Below, one piece after another: positions 18,869-29,573 of a stretch of 64,000 bases of DNA. Position 1 is the first letter of the stretch. The number at the start of each line of letters is the position of its first letter. Origin of the DNA: an uncultured Candidatus Binatia bacterium (GTDB taxonomy: Bacteria; Desulfobacterota; Binatia; UBA9968; CAXXLF01); NCBI GenBank assembly GCA_965218425.1, contig OZ244621.1, forward strand, positions 4,320,001 to 4,384,000, in the 5' to 3' direction. The notes under the pieces are model-generated. The model was given only the letters and a program-made list of their open reading frames with translations. It was not told where the DNA came from and made no database searches. Position numbers and translations under genes: made by a program.

Positions 18869-19380
18869 CAGAGCACCTCCCCCGTTAAAAGCACCACCAC
18901 CGGCGAGTTATAATCATGGGCGGCAAAATTGGCATCCCGAAGGGCGCGCTGCAGATCGTTTTTCTTGCTCACCACGCGATACGGAACCTGGAGAGCGTTC
19001 AAGAGAGGCTCAGCCACTTGCCTGAAAAGTAAAAGCTGGGAGCCGGGAATGCCGCTGTGATCTCCAATATCCCCTCGATAGGATGCCAAAATCAAAAACG
19101 GGATTCCGTAACTGATGGCCGTTGACTGAGCTAGAGCCCAGGTACCCACCATGAGACCAGCGATGCCGGTAACGAATACGACTTTTCGTCCCCCCAGTGC
19201 AGCCCCCGCGCAGAGGGCGATGCCGTTTCCTTCCGCCGCCACCGTAAGGGAAGTAAAACTAGAGTCCTTGCGTATGGCCTCAGTTAGGGAGGAAGTGGGC
19301 TCCTCCGGCAGGGTCACCACCATATCGATCCCTTCTTCCTTGAAGGTCTCGATGATCAACCGACCTGATTCATTATCCAT
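18865..19380 (-). CDS. ThDP decarboxylase alpha subunit (ComD-like)
   Basis: EGNGIALCAGAALGG, SYRGDIG, EPLLNAL. 171 aa, paired with the beta subunit. Confidence 0.75.
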   Translation of the reverse strand: MDNESGRLIIETFKEEGIDMVVTLPEEPTSSLTEAIRKDSSFTSLTVAAEGNGIALCAGAALGGRKVVFVTGIAGLMVGTWALAQSTAISYGIPFLILASYRGDIGDHSGIPGSQLLLFRQVAEPLLNALQVPYRVVSKKNDLQRALRDANFAAHDYNSPVVVLLTGEVLW

Positions 19381-19449
19381 GATTCTCTTCCATCCTCGCT
19401 TTGGTAAATAAAATCAGTAAATTCTTTGAGTTATATCTGAGGTTAGAAT

Positions 19450-20859
19450 CTAAGGTCCTTTCCCTGGGGAGGGTGCCAGGGAAATCCCATAACGATCCCA
19501 TTCACGGCTAACCTTTTCCATGGCCTCCGGAGTCGGCTGACACACGGCAGGAAAATCCTTGGCGTTATAGCGGGTCGCATCGATGATCATCTTTGAACAA
19601 CGCGCGGGGCCAGCCTGTTCTTCTGGCGGTAAGGATGGGTCCAGAAAGATACCGGTGACCTCGCGCAGGATCTCCACATCCCGATGGGCCTGTACCCGCG
19701 TGGAAACCGCCCACTCCACCGCCACTGGGTCGGCGGGGTCCACGTCATGGTCCACCACCGTCACGTGTTTAATGTGGCGGCCGCTGGGAGAACCGAGCAC
19801 GGCCATGCCAACCATCTTGCCGTATCCCTCGAACAGTTTTTCCACGGAGAGTACAGCATGGAAAACACCGCATCCCCCTTCAGGGAGATGGATTGCTTTG
19901 ACTCCAGGCAATTTGATGGCGCGCAGGATCTCCGATTCCTTACCTACAGCCGTTAGCACGTCCGTCTCATGGGGCGGCGCCCCCTGGTAGGCCAGATGCT
20001 GAATGAAACCTTTGCGGTGCGTGATTGCGGTGACGTGAATGGTGGACCGGGGTAGTCTCGGTCCCCCGTAATGGCCGGTAAACTCGCCGAAGGGACCCTC
20101 TTCTCGCTTTTCAGCAGGCCTCACCTCTCCTTCGATCACCACTTCTGCATCGGCTGGCACCTCAAGGGGGACTGTCTTGCAAGGTACCGTTTCAATGGGT
20201 TTGCCGCGAAGCGCACCTGCCATGGCCAACTCGTCCGCCCCAAAGGGAAATGGGGAGCAAGCCGCCATGATCACCCGTGGGTCGGGCCCCATGACGATGG
20301 CCACGGGGAACGGTTCATTGGGCGATGTACGGTGCTGCAACATAATATGGGTGTAAGGACCGGAAAGGAGGCCCAGGGTGTGCTTGTCATGAACCATGTT
20401 GCGATAGACCCCTACGTTGCGCACCCCGGTGGTCAGGTCCCTGGTGATGTGGCAGGAAAGGGTGAGGTAGGGGCCGCCGTCACGGGCATTCAAGATGGGC
20501 GCGATAAGCCGGTTCAGGTCTGCCTCCTCTCCCAGCCAAACCTCTTCCTGACATTTCCCACTCTCAACCATAATAGGAGGCAACGGGTTACTTGCCCGCC
20601 GGTTCCATTCCGCGTGCATCTCCTCTTGCTTGCACTGCATGGCCAGCGCGTAGCGACGGCGCGTTGCTAACAGGTTGATCACCACCGGGATATCCCTTCC
20701 TCCCGGTTTTTCGAATAGCAATGCCGGACCGTAATTCTTGAGGCTTTTGACGCAAACAGCGCCAAACTCCTGGTTCAGATCCACGGGTACCTTCACCCGT
20801 GCAAGCTCTCCTTCTTTTTCCAGCAGTTCTATGAACTCACGCAAACCATTAAAGGACAT
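19450..20859 (-). CDS. UbiD-family (de)carboxylase (#2)
   Basis: LREFI, DGGPY, VYRNM, EGPFGEFTGHY, VDHDVD, IDAT. Confidence 0.93.
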   Translation of the reverse strand: MSFNGLREFIELLEKEGELARVKVPVDLNQEFGAVCVKSLKNYGPALLFEKPGGRDIPVVINLLATRRRYALAMQCKQEEMHAEWNRRASNPLPPIMVESGKCQEEVWLGEEADLNRLIAPILNARDGGPYLTLSCHITRDLTTGVRNVGVYRNMVHDKHTLGLLSGPYTHIMLQHRTSPNEPFPVAIVMGPDPRVIMAACSPFPFGADELAMAGALRGKPIETVPCKTVPLEVPADAEVVIEGEVRPAEKREEGPFGEFTGHYGGPRLPRSTIHVTAITHRKGFIQHLAYQGAPPHETDVLTAVGKESEILRAIKLPGVKAIHLPEGGCGVFHAVLSVEKLFEGYGKMVGMAVLGSPSGRHIKHVTVVDHDVDPADPVAVEWAVSTRVQAHRDVEILREVTGIFLDPSLPPEEQAGPARCSKMIIDATRYNAKDFPAVCQPTPEAMEKVSREWDRYGISLAPSPGKGP

Positions 20860-20897
20860 GGATTCCTCTCCTCTAATCCCCGTTAACCACGCCGAGT

Positions 20898-22013
20898 CTA
20901 ACGAGGCATAACCTTTTTTATCAGTCCAACCACTTCTTTGCGCCGTTTTACAAAGGACTCATCCGAGGTCACCGGGAACTGATTGTTTTCCTTGGGCACC
21001 AGGATATTCAACACATGTTTCGTCGATACATCCTTTCGCATGGATGGCACGCCAGCCCCCTTACTCCAGCTCAGTTGACCCTCACGGGAAAGAACATAGT
21101 CGAGGTAAACCCTGGTGGCGTTGGGATGGGGGGCATTCCTTACCACCGAAATGTTACCGGCCCCCGCGGTAATGTAAGTACCTTCTTTCATGGTATTTGG
21201 ATCCGCCTGCTGGAGTGGCAATCCCTTGCCAACCATTTCAGTAGTCAAGACATCACTGGGGCCAATGGCAATGGGATATTTTCCCTTTGCCACAAAGTCC
21301 AAAATCTGGCGGTCGTTTCTCGCAACGATCAGGTTCTTGGCCAGCTTTCGAATAAAATTCGCCCCCAGTACATCATTGAAATACCAGAAGGTGGCCGTGC
21401 CGAGGCCGCCACCCGGTCTCGTGGGATCGCGAATGACGATTTTCCCCTTCCACTTGGGATCAAGCAATTCCTTCCAGGAGGTTATTTCTCCTGCGGACAC
21501 CATCTTTGGATTGAACACGAAAGGCGCCTTTACATAAGCGCTCATCACCAACGTGTATTTCCCGGCGGTGTCAGAGAATTTCAACTTTCCTCCACGCTAT
21601 TTCGATGGGTCCTTCGTACTGGGTCCACTAAGGTAAGGTGTGATGGGCACAATAGCGCCCGCCGGCAATAACCCCGTGAGTGCTGTGGTGGAGCCTCCGA
21701 TAAAAATGTCCGTTAGAAATTTCCTCGCCCCGTGTTCGTTCAGCATCTTTGGCAGGACTCGTGAGCCCCTCATGCCGCTGAATTCCACCTGGATCTCAGG
21801 ATGCTTTTTATTAAATTCCAGGGTCAGGGCGTCCTTGGTCCACGTCCCCTGGGGCCCGATGATCACCACCCTCCCCTCTTTTTCCGCCGCTGCCACAACC
21901 TGCTCCCAGTCAGATGCAGCGTATGCCGTGTCGGCAACAAACGAAACAACAGTTGTTACAAACAATACCGCCGCCATCAGAATGCCTGGAAAAATATTTC
22001 TCTTCATGGTCAT
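20898..22013 (-). pseudogene. ABC-type (iron/thiamine-binding class) solute-binding protein with an in-frame TAG
   Basis: Signal peptide and WEQVVAAAEKEGRV. ORFs 21597..22025 and 20898..21584 are one frame: DPSK-TAG(21597-21599)-RGGKLKFSD. APHPNA is near the C-terminus. Confidence 0.85.
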
Positions 22014-22088
22014 GCCTCCTGCCAAAATCTAATCACCAACGGAATTCGAACTCAGGTTTTCCAAAATCATGGAATTAGTATTTCGGCC

Positions 22089-23735
22089 TTAACGGCCAAT
22101 GACGATATCTTTCTTTTCAGTGTCAGATGTGACTTTCTTCTGACGCTTCGCCGTTTTCTCCCCAACCTCCCGATATTTTCCTTCCACGATGAGCTTGGCA
22201 AATTCATCGTTATCCTTGGTCCAGTTTCCCAGGCTGTACCCATGCCACGGCTCCCGCAGCCTGGGTTGCGGCAGTTCGCTATGTTCGGCCCACATGGCCA
22301 TGGCTCGTTCCATGTACTTCCGGTCCGGCAATCCAACAGGGGGGTAGGCCCATTTTCGCGTTGCATTAAATAACAGCCGGCTGTGGTGGTAGTTCTGCAG
22401 CAACGATGCCCCGTAAACCATCTCCCCATGTCCTGATCCCGGCGGTGTCCCCGACGGATCCAGAGCGGGATTACGACCATGAACCACCTCGACATCGAGC
22501 TCAGGACGACACCGGTAGGCCATGGCCCAAAGCACGGCATCCCGGTCCCGAACGTCGATATCATGGTCCACGAGGACAATGTATTTTGATCCCCCCATCA
22601 ACCCTGCCGCCGCATGGAGCACGGTCCAGGGGTCCACTCCCCTCTGGCTCCGCAAGCGTATGAGGCACCACTCGCGCCCGCCGGCGCTATCGGGAAAGTG
22701 AATGTCCTCGATGGGATAGCCTGCTCCGTAGCAGAGGTGATCGTACAGCATGGTTGCATAGGTATAGCTCAAGATCGTGTTGGAGTCGCTGGGATACATT
22801 CCCACGGTTATGGGAGTAAATATTGCGTTCTTGCGGTGGGTGATGGCGGTCACCTGGATCACCGGAAAGTACGTAGATTCAGTTGACATATAACCCGGAT
22901 ACTCGCCAAAAGGCGTTAACTCTTCTGTGGTCTCAGTGGACATGAGCCCTTCGATAACAATCTCAGCCGATGCCGGCACCTCGAGGGGGATCGTCTTGCA
23001 CTTTACCAACTCCACTGGCTCACCCATGATTCCACCGGCCACCGCCAGTTCGTCGTATCTCCCATAGGGGATCGGAGCCGAAGCTACGATCATGACAACG
23101 GGGGTGGACCCTACGACGATGGCCACGGGCAATGGCTCTTTACGCTGTCTCGCCTTTGGCCAGTGATGGGCCATGGCATCGTGGAAAACGGCAGAGCCTG
23201 AGACGATCCGATCCCGGTCCCGGAAAAATCCGTTATAGGCCCCGAGATTACGCATTCCCGTCTCGGGATCCTTCGTAAGCATCGCGGTGCCTGTACGAAT
23301 CATGCAGCTAAAACCGGGTTCTTCCACCGGAGCCGGCAATTCATCCAGTCCCAACTCCTTTAGCTCTTTGCCAGTATGCACTTCCTCATGTACGGGACCG
23401 TTCTTGACAACCACCGGATCGATGGGATGCGCCATGCCATCATGCCACCGGTCCATAGCCTCCCGAACGGACTCGCAGCCCAAACCCCAGGCTACAAAAT
23501 CCGGCGCGGCCCCGTAAACCCCGGCCGCAACCCTCATGGGAAAGCGTTTTCCGTTGGCTCCTCGCACGTCGTCGAACTGCAGGATCTTCCGCTCTTCCTC
23601 AGGGAGCCCGCGCATCTCAACCCGAAAGAGCGGCATCAACTCCGTTTCTTTATTGACTGGTTCCGTGAACCTGTGAAGCCGACCTCGGCGCTGTACTTCG
23701 GCCATGAACTCCCGAAGATCCTTGAAGTACGCCAT
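22089..23735 (-). CDS. UbiD-family protein, long and divergent (#3)
   Basis: DLREF, VPASAEIVIEG, PFGEYPGY, VDHDID. The catalytic motif is altered. Confidence 0.88.
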   Translation of the reverse strand: MAYFKDLREFMAEVQRRGRLHRFTEPVNKETELMPLFRVEMRGLPEEERKILQFDDVRGANGKRFPMRVAAGVYGAAPDFVAWGLGCESVREAMDRWHDGMAHPIDPVVVKNGPVHEEVHTGKELKELGLDELPAPVEEPGFSCMIRTGTAMLTKDPETGMRNLGAYNGFFRDRDRIVSGSAVFHDAMAHHWPKARQRKEPLPVAIVVGSTPVVMIVASAPIPYGRYDELAVAGGIMGEPVELVKCKTIPLEVPASAEIVIEGLMSTETTEELTPFGEYPGYMSTESTYFPVIQVTAITHRKNAIFTPITVGMYPSDSNTILSYTYATMLYDHLCYGAGYPIEDIHFPDSAGGREWCLIRLRSQRGVDPWTVLHAAAGLMGGSKYIVLVDHDIDVRDRDAVLWAMAYRCRPELDVEVVHGRNPALDPSGTPPGSGHGEMVYGASLLQNYHHSRLLFNATRKWAYPPVGLPDRKYMERAMAMWAEHSELPQPRLREPWHGYSLGNWTKDNDEFAKLIVEGKYREVGEKTAKRQKKVTSDTEKKDIVIGR

Positions 23736-23948
23736 GCTTTCCGTCTCCTTATTATTTGAGAGATACTTTCCTCTAACCCGCGTGAACTACCTGCGACGCA
23801 AAAATCACGGGAAGGATCTCCCTGAACGGGCTCTAAACTAGGTATGTTCAGAGGGTCATAGTATAGTTGCCCCAGCATGTCAAATTGACTCACGGCATGG
23901 GTGGTGTTCGAACCGTGTTACACCAAATCCAGTGAAAACCACTTCCTC

Positions 23949-23978
23949 TTGACAAACAGAGCCCGGTCCCCGTAGTTT
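23949..23978 (+). promoter_or_regulatory. Candidate sigma70 promoter
   Basis: TTGACA-N18-TAGTTT, about 35 nt before the ATG at 24013. Confidence 0.4.
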
Positions 23979-24012
23979 CTGCAGTGACGAAACCACAAAA
24001 GGGCGCACAACC

Positions 24013-25314
24013 ATGGACGACTACAATGTATTGACCCGGACCGGACCAGGGACTCCTTGTGGCGACTTGATGCGTCGCTATTGGCAGCCAGTATCCCTCT
24101 CCGAGGAACTGCCAACAGGAGGTTCATCTTTGTCCATCAGGTTACTCGGGGAGGACTTGGTTCTCTTCCGGGATGACAAGGACCGTCCGGGTCTTTTGGC
24201 CCTCCACTGCTCTCACAGGGGAGCCGACTTGAGCTACGGGCGCGTGGAGGACGGCGGATTGAGGTGCATCTATCATGGCTGGCTTTACGACATTCATGGA
24301 AACTGTCTGGAACAACCCGGCGAGCCCCTGGGAAGCAAGACATGTGAAAAAATTCGCCACAGGGCGTACCCCTGCCAAGAACGCAATGGTCTTATCTTCG
24401 CCTACCTCGGCCCTGGGGAACCTCCAGAACTGCCGAATTATGAGTTTTTGACCAACCCCGAGGAACATGTGTTCGTCACCAAGATCTTCAGCGAGTGCAA
24501 CTACCTCCAGGGCAACGAAGGGAACATTGACCTCCTCCACGTTTCGTTCCTCCATTACAGTGATAGGGATTTGCGCGAGGAGGGAGGTGCAAACAAACCT
24601 GGTGTGGCTGGAACCTCGGAGGCGTTATGCACCAGGGGTTCCGCGCCCCAGTTGGAGAGGTGTGAAGCGGAGATCGTCGACGTTGGACTCCGGGTCTGCA
24701 AGCTTCGCACCATCGGACCCGACAGGGAATACATCCGAGTCGGGACGTTGGTCCTCCCGAACCTCTACGCCTTCCCGGCAGGAGGTCTCAACTGGCATGT
24801 ACCCATTGACGATACCCACCACTGGAAATACATCGTCGCATTCGACCGGAACAAGCCCTACGATAAGCAAGCGCTTCGTCGCAGCCGAGACCGGTTTACC
24901 CCACCACCCCACTACATACCGGTCCTGAACAAGGCCAACCGTTACCAGCAGCATCGTGATTCCATGAGGTCGGGGAGTTACAGCGGAATCGATAAATGGA
25001 ATTTTCCTGCCCAGGACCTTTGTGTGACGGAAGGGGCCGGCCAGATCCAAGACCGCACACGTGAGCATCTCATGCCCTCCGACCAACCCCTCGTGATCGG
25101 CCGCAAGCTGCTGCAAGGCGCCATCCACGACGTACTAGACGGACGTGACCCTCCCGCCCTGGTGCGTGACCCGAAACGGAACCGTTTTCCAACCATTGTG
25201 GCAACCAATGGTATAATCCCGAGCTCGCTGGATTGGAGGGAGCATTGTCGCAAACTGGTTGACGAAGGCCGAGGTTGGGTTGGTAGACCGGCCACTGCGA
25301 ATACCGCAAGCTGA
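24013..25314 (+). CDS. Rieske non-heme iron oxygenase alpha subunit
   Basis: CSHRGAD, CIYHGW, EGNIDLLHVSFLH, QD. Confidence 0.93.
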   Translation: MDDYNVLTRTGPGTPCGDLMRRYWQPVSLSEELPTGGSSLSIRLLGEDLVLFRDDKDRPGLLALHCSHRGADLSYGRVEDGGLRCIYHGWLYDIHGNCLEQPGEPLGSKTCEKIRHRAYPCQERNGLIFAYLGPGEPPELPNYEFLTNPEEHVFVTKIFSECNYLQGNEGNIDLLHVSFLHYSDRDLREEGGANKPGVAGTSEALCTRGSAPQLERCEAEIVDVGLRVCKLRTIGPDREYIRVGTLVLPNLYAFPAGGLNWHVPIDDTHHWKYIVAFDRNKPYDKQALRRSRDRFTPPPHYIPVLNKANRYQQHRDSMRSGSYSGIDKWNFPAQDLCVTEGAGQIQDRTREHLMPSDQPLVIGRKLLQGAIHDVLDGRDPPALVRDPKRNRFPTIVATNGIIPSSLDWREHCRKLVDEGRGWVGRPATANTAS

Positions 25315-25357
25315 ATCATGAAGTAACATAGGTGAACCCTACGGAAGGAGTTTTAGC

Positions 25358-26584
25358 ATGGCAGATGTTTTAAGGTTGGGCATCGTGGGCCTGGGAATGG
25401 GAGCTGGCCGGGTCATACCGGAGATCGCTCACCTTCCTTTTATCAAGCTGACGGCCGGGGCAGACGTTCGCCCACATGCGCTTAACCAGTTCCGAGAAGA
25501 GTTTGGAGCAGAGACGTATCAGAGCGTGGAAGAGATGTGCCAGAGCCCGAATGTGGACGCCGTTTATGTTTGCACGCCACATAATTACCACTGTGAGCAC
25601 ACCATCACGGCACTGACAAATAAGAAGCATGTCATTGTTGAAAAGCCCATGGCCCTTTCCATCGAAGAATGTGAGGCCATGAACCAGGCAGCGGAAGCCA
25701 ATGGAGTCAAACTCCTGTGCGGTCATACCCACAGTTTCGACCCGCCTATTCAAAAGATGGCCGAAGTGGTTCGCAGCGGACAATTGGGCCGAACACTGAT
25801 GATCAACAGTTCCTATTACAAAAACTTTATCTACCGACCGTTCTCAGATCAAGATGTGGGCATGAGCCGAGGCGTCGTCTTGAATCAAGGGCCCCACCAG
25901 GTAGACATTGTACGTCTCCTGGGCGGCGGCAAGGTTCGAAGCGTTCGGGCCATGGCCGGAGTCGGTGATCCTACGCGAGGAGAACCCAGACCGGCAGAAG
26001 GGCATTACGTTTGTTATCTCGAGTTTGAAAACGGCGTCCCAGCCAGTTTAGTTTTTAGCGGGTATGCCTACCTGGACACTGCCGAACTCGTCTGGGGCAT
26101 CGGTGAGGGAGGACAGCCGATTGATCCCCAGTCCTTCGTCAATGCCCATCGGTTTTTCAAGGAGGTCGGCACCGGACTGGACCGCAAAAAGAAAATGGAG
26201 CAGCTCCTGGAATCATGGCGGTATGGGGGAACCAACGTGGGCGAGTGGTTCCACAGCGGTAGTTCCGGTCAACTACCAGGGAAGCGACATCAACCCTTCT
26301 TTGGGCTTAACATCGTGACCTGCGAGAAAGGCGATATCCGTCAATCACCGGATGGAATTTACCTTTACACCGACCAGGGACGCAATGAGGTCCCCATACC
26401 TGCGGGGGCCCATGGCCGGGAGGCTGAAATACGTGAACTCTACGAAGGCGTCGTGAACGGCCACCCGGTGTTCCATGATGGCCGGTGGGGTGAGGCCACA
26501 CTGGAGGTTAGCCTGGCCATTCTCCAGTCAGCGGAGGAAAGACGAGAGATTCCGATGTCCCATCAAGTGGCGGTACCGAACTAA
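25358..26584 (+). CDS. Gfo/Idh/MocA oxidoreductase, dihydrodiol dehydrogenase-like
   Basis: Close paralog of 4813..6012 (EKPMA, GHTHSFDPP, NQGPH, HDGRWGEATLEV). Confidence 0.87.
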   Translation: MADVLRLGIVGLGMGAGRVIPEIAHLPFIKLTAGADVRPHALNQFREEFGAETYQSVEEMCQSPNVDAVYVCTPHNYHCEHTITALTNKKHVIVEKPMALSIEECEAMNQAAEANGVKLLCGHTHSFDPPIQKMAEVVRSGQLGRTLMINSSYYKNFIYRPFSDQDVGMSRGVVLNQGPHQVDIVRLLGGGKVRSVRAMAGVGDPTRGEPRPAEGHYVCYLEFENGVPASLVFSGYAYLDTAELVWGIGEGGQPIDPQSFVNAHRFFKEVGTGLDRKKKMEQLLESWRYGGTNVGEWFHSGSSGQLPGKRHQPFFGLNIVTCEKGDIRQSPDGIYLYTDQGRNEVPIPAGAHGREAEIRELYEGVVNGHPVFHDGRWGEATLEVSLAILQSAEERREIPMSHQVAVPN

Positions 26585-26630
26585 GCAAGAACCGAAAAGA
26601 AGGCTAGCCGAACACAAGAGGAGAACTCGT

Positions 26631-28073
26631 ATGATTCCTGACCTGAGGAAGTTCCTTGAGAAACTTGAAGCCATGGGCGACCTGAAGCGAATCAGTGACG
26701 CAGACTTGAAATTTGAAATCGGTGCCATTTCCGAACTCGCCTTTCAGAACCACGGGCCGGCCCTCCTGTTCGACCGAATCCATCAGTATCCACCCAACTA
26801 CCGAATCGCATCGAACGTTTGCAGCACAAAGAAGAGATCCCTGCTGGCCGTAGGCATGGACCCTGAGCTAACCGAGAACGAGGCAATGGCGCTGTTCAAG
26901 CAGAGATGGGATGACTACAAGCCCATTCCTCCGGTAAAAGTCCATAGCGGCCCGGTGATGGAAAATATTCAAAATGGCGAAGAAGTGGACCTCATGAAGA
27001 TCCCCGTACCTGTGTGGCATGAACTGGACAGTGGGCCTTACATCGGAACCGGCCTAGCCGTTATCGTCAAGGACCCCGAAATCGGCTGGGTCAATTTGGG
27101 AAGCTATCGACTTCAGCGTCATGACCGCTACACAACGGGCGTATTCAGTGAGCCGGCCAACGATGGAACCAAAATAATGCAGAAGTACTGGGCTCAGGGT
27201 GAAGCCTGTCCTGTGGCTGTTTCCCTGGGTCCGGAGCCGATTATTTTTCTCACGGCTTCCGGCTGCACCGGATGTCCCAAGGGAGTCCCCGAGTATGATT
27301 ATGCAGGCTTTCTCTTAAGAGAACCCATCTCCATCGTAGAAGGACCTTTGACAGGGCTACCCATTTCCGCGAATTCTGAAATCGCAATTGAGGGAGAGAT
27401 ACCGCCGCCTCAATCCGAGTCGAGGCCCGAAGGGCCTTTTGGTGAATGGACCGGTTACTACATGGGTGGTTCCGTACCTGAACCGGTCATTCGGGTGAAA
27501 GCACTGTACCATCGAACTGATCCCATTCTTTTCGGGGCCTCACCACTGAAACCCAATGAAGAAGCCTACTCCTTCTCTCTTCCGATGATCTTGGTCACCG
27601 GGATTTTGAGCCGTTTACAGAAACAGGGGATACCCGTCCGCCGCGTGGCCAATCCGGTGAAGATGGGGGTGACCGTAATTACCATCCAGCAGCAAAAAGA
27701 AGACGACGTGGAGCGGGCCATGAAGGCCATCGACAAAGTTCCGGGGCCCCAGCGGCTTTTTATTCTCGTGGACGACGACGTTGACCTTGAGGATCCTCGG
27801 GACGTCCTGTGGGCCGTCAGCACACGCTATGATCCCACAACGGGGGCTCGGGTCAGCACCATCGAAAGTGAGTGGCTATTGGATCCATTGCGTAAGGTGG
27901 AGGAAAGAGCGCAGCGACCCTCTCTGCCTTACGAGCGACTCATACTCAATGGTTGTCGTCCGTTCGATCGCATAAAAGATTTCTCTGCGGTAAACCTGCT
28001 AAGCGACACGCGGCGCAATGAGACATGGAACAAGTGGCAGATGGAAAAGTGGGCCTCTCGTCCAGTGAGGTAA
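26631..28073 (+). CDS. UbiD-family (de)carboxylase (#4)
   Basis: Start re-set to MIPDLRKFL (GAGGAG RBS). SYRLQ, EGPFGEWTGYY. Confidence 0.92.
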   Translation: MIPDLRKFLEKLEAMGDLKRISDADLKFEIGAISELAFQNHGPALLFDRIHQYPPNYRIASNVCSTKKRSLLAVGMDPELTENEAMALFKQRWDDYKPIPPVKVHSGPVMENIQNGEEVDLMKIPVPVWHELDSGPYIGTGLAVIVKDPEIGWVNLGSYRLQRHDRYTTGVFSEPANDGTKIMQKYWAQGEACPVAVSLGPEPIIFLTASGCTGCPKGVPEYDYAGFLLREPISIVEGPLTGLPISANSEIAIEGEIPPPQSESRPEGPFGEWTGYYMGGSVPEPVIRVKALYHRTDPILFGASPLKPNEEAYSFSLPMILVTGILSRLQKQGIPVRRVANPVKMGVTVITIQQQKEDDVERAMKAIDKVPGPQRLFILVDDDVDLEDPRDVLWAVSTRYDPTTGARVSTIESEWLLDPLRKVEERAQRPSLPYERLILNGCRPFDRIKDFSAVNLLSDTRRNETWNKWQMEKWASRPVR

Positions 28074-28090
28074 TTTGAAGGGAGTTGATC

Positions 28091-29539
28091 ATGGGGCACA
28101 AGTCTTTAGGCGAGTTTATTGAAGCGGCTCGGGCCATTGGTGAGGTGAAAAATGTGCACGGCGCCGATCTTGACATGGAGGTTGGCTGTTTGACTGAACT
28201 GTCAGCCGAACAGAATGGGCCCATGCTGCTTTTCGACCGGTTTAAGGGTTTTCCCGACGACTTCCGTGTGGCCAGCAACGTCGTTCGAAACAGCCGACGC
28301 CGATATGCGTTGGCCATGGGTCTCCCCGTAGATGCCCATGCCATCGAAATGGTCAAGCAGCTAAGAGAGCGGCGGAAAAGGAAAGAGCCAACACCCCCGG
28401 TTCAGGTGAGTGATGGACCCGTCCTGGAAAATATACTTTCGGGTCAAGATGCGGACGTGGGGAAATTTCCGGCACCAAAGTGGCACTCGGCGGACGGCGG
28501 ACACTACATTGGCACAGGGGACATTGTTCTCATGCGTGACCCGGACACCGGGTGGATTAATTTCGGCACCTATCGCGCATGCGTGCAGGGGCATAATTTA
28601 ATAAGCATCTGGATCATCAAGCACAAGCGCGGCCGCATCATAGCTGAAAAGTACTGGGCTCAAGGCAAGGCATGTCCCGTGGCTGTGGTCCTCGGATGCG
28701 ACCCATTGACCTTCATGGCTGGAACAAGCCGGTTAAAATACGAAGAGGCGGGCGCCCTTCACGGTGCCCCGGTTGAAGTCGTCAAGGGGCCCTTCACGAG
28801 TCTTCCCATCCCTGCCCATGCCGAGATCGTCCTCGAAGGCGAAATTCCATCGCCCAATGAGGAGACTGCGGTGGAAGGACCCTTTGGTGAATGGCCGGGG
28901 TACTACTCCCACACCGGCCCCGAATGCGTGGTCCGAATAAAGCAGATCCTGCACCGAAGTTCTCCGATTATTAATGGCAACCCACCATTGAGACCTTTGC
29001 TAGGGTTACGTGATGACCTGCCGGGAACGGCTGTAAACATGTGGGATCACCTGGAAAGCTCGGGGATCTCTGACGTCGTTGGAGTCTGGGGGTATTGTAA
29101 CTCGCTTATGATAGTCATCTCGTTGAAACAGCGCTACCCGGGCCATGCCCAACAGGCGCTTTTGGCCGCGGCCGGTTTGCGCAGCTCGGCCAGTATGAAT
29201 ACCTACTTCGTGGCAGTGGACGAGGATATTGATCCCTCCGAGTTGAACGATGTGGTCTGGGCGCTATGCACACGGGTGAATCCCACCACGGCCCTGGACG
29301 TACTTCATAACGCATGGACAAGCGACCTGGACCCCAGACTAACACCGGAACAAAAGTCTTCGGGTGACTACACCATGGGGCGTTTACTGATCAATGCCTG
29401 CAAGCCTTTTTCGTGGAAGGATTCCTTCCCCAAGACAAACATTTTTTCCACTGAAGAGCGGCGGCAGGTTGCAGAGCGGTGGAGCAGTTTGCTAAGTGAA
29501 ATCACAAGTTTAGCAAAACGTCCCGCGCCCCTGGGATAG
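28091..29539 (+). CDS. UbiD-family (de)carboxylase (#5)
   Basis: DGGHYIGT, TYRAC, EGPFGEWPGYY, VDEDIDP, INACKP. Confidence 0.93.
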   Translation: MGHKSLGEFIEAARAIGEVKNVHGADLDMEVGCLTELSAEQNGPMLLFDRFKGFPDDFRVASNVVRNSRRRYALAMGLPVDAHAIEMVKQLRERRKRKEPTPPVQVSDGPVLENILSGQDADVGKFPAPKWHSADGGHYIGTGDIVLMRDPDTGWINFGTYRACVQGHNLISIWIIKHKRGRIIAEKYWAQGKACPVAVVLGCDPLTFMAGTSRLKYEEAGALHGAPVEVVKGPFTSLPIPAHAEIVLEGEIPSPNEETAVEGPFGEWPGYYSHTGPECVVRIKQILHRSSPIINGNPPLRPLLGLRDDLPGTAVNMWDHLESSGISDVVGVWGYCNSLMIVISLKQRYPGHAQQALLAAAGLRSSASMNTYFVAVDEDIDPSELNDVVWALCTRVNPTTALDVLHNAWTSDLDPRLTPEQKSSGDYTMGRLLINACKPFSWKDSFPKTNIFSTEERRQVAERWSSLLSEITSLAKRPAPLG

Positions 29540-29573
29540 GGAACCCTACCCCAGATGAAATGCTCAAAACCTC

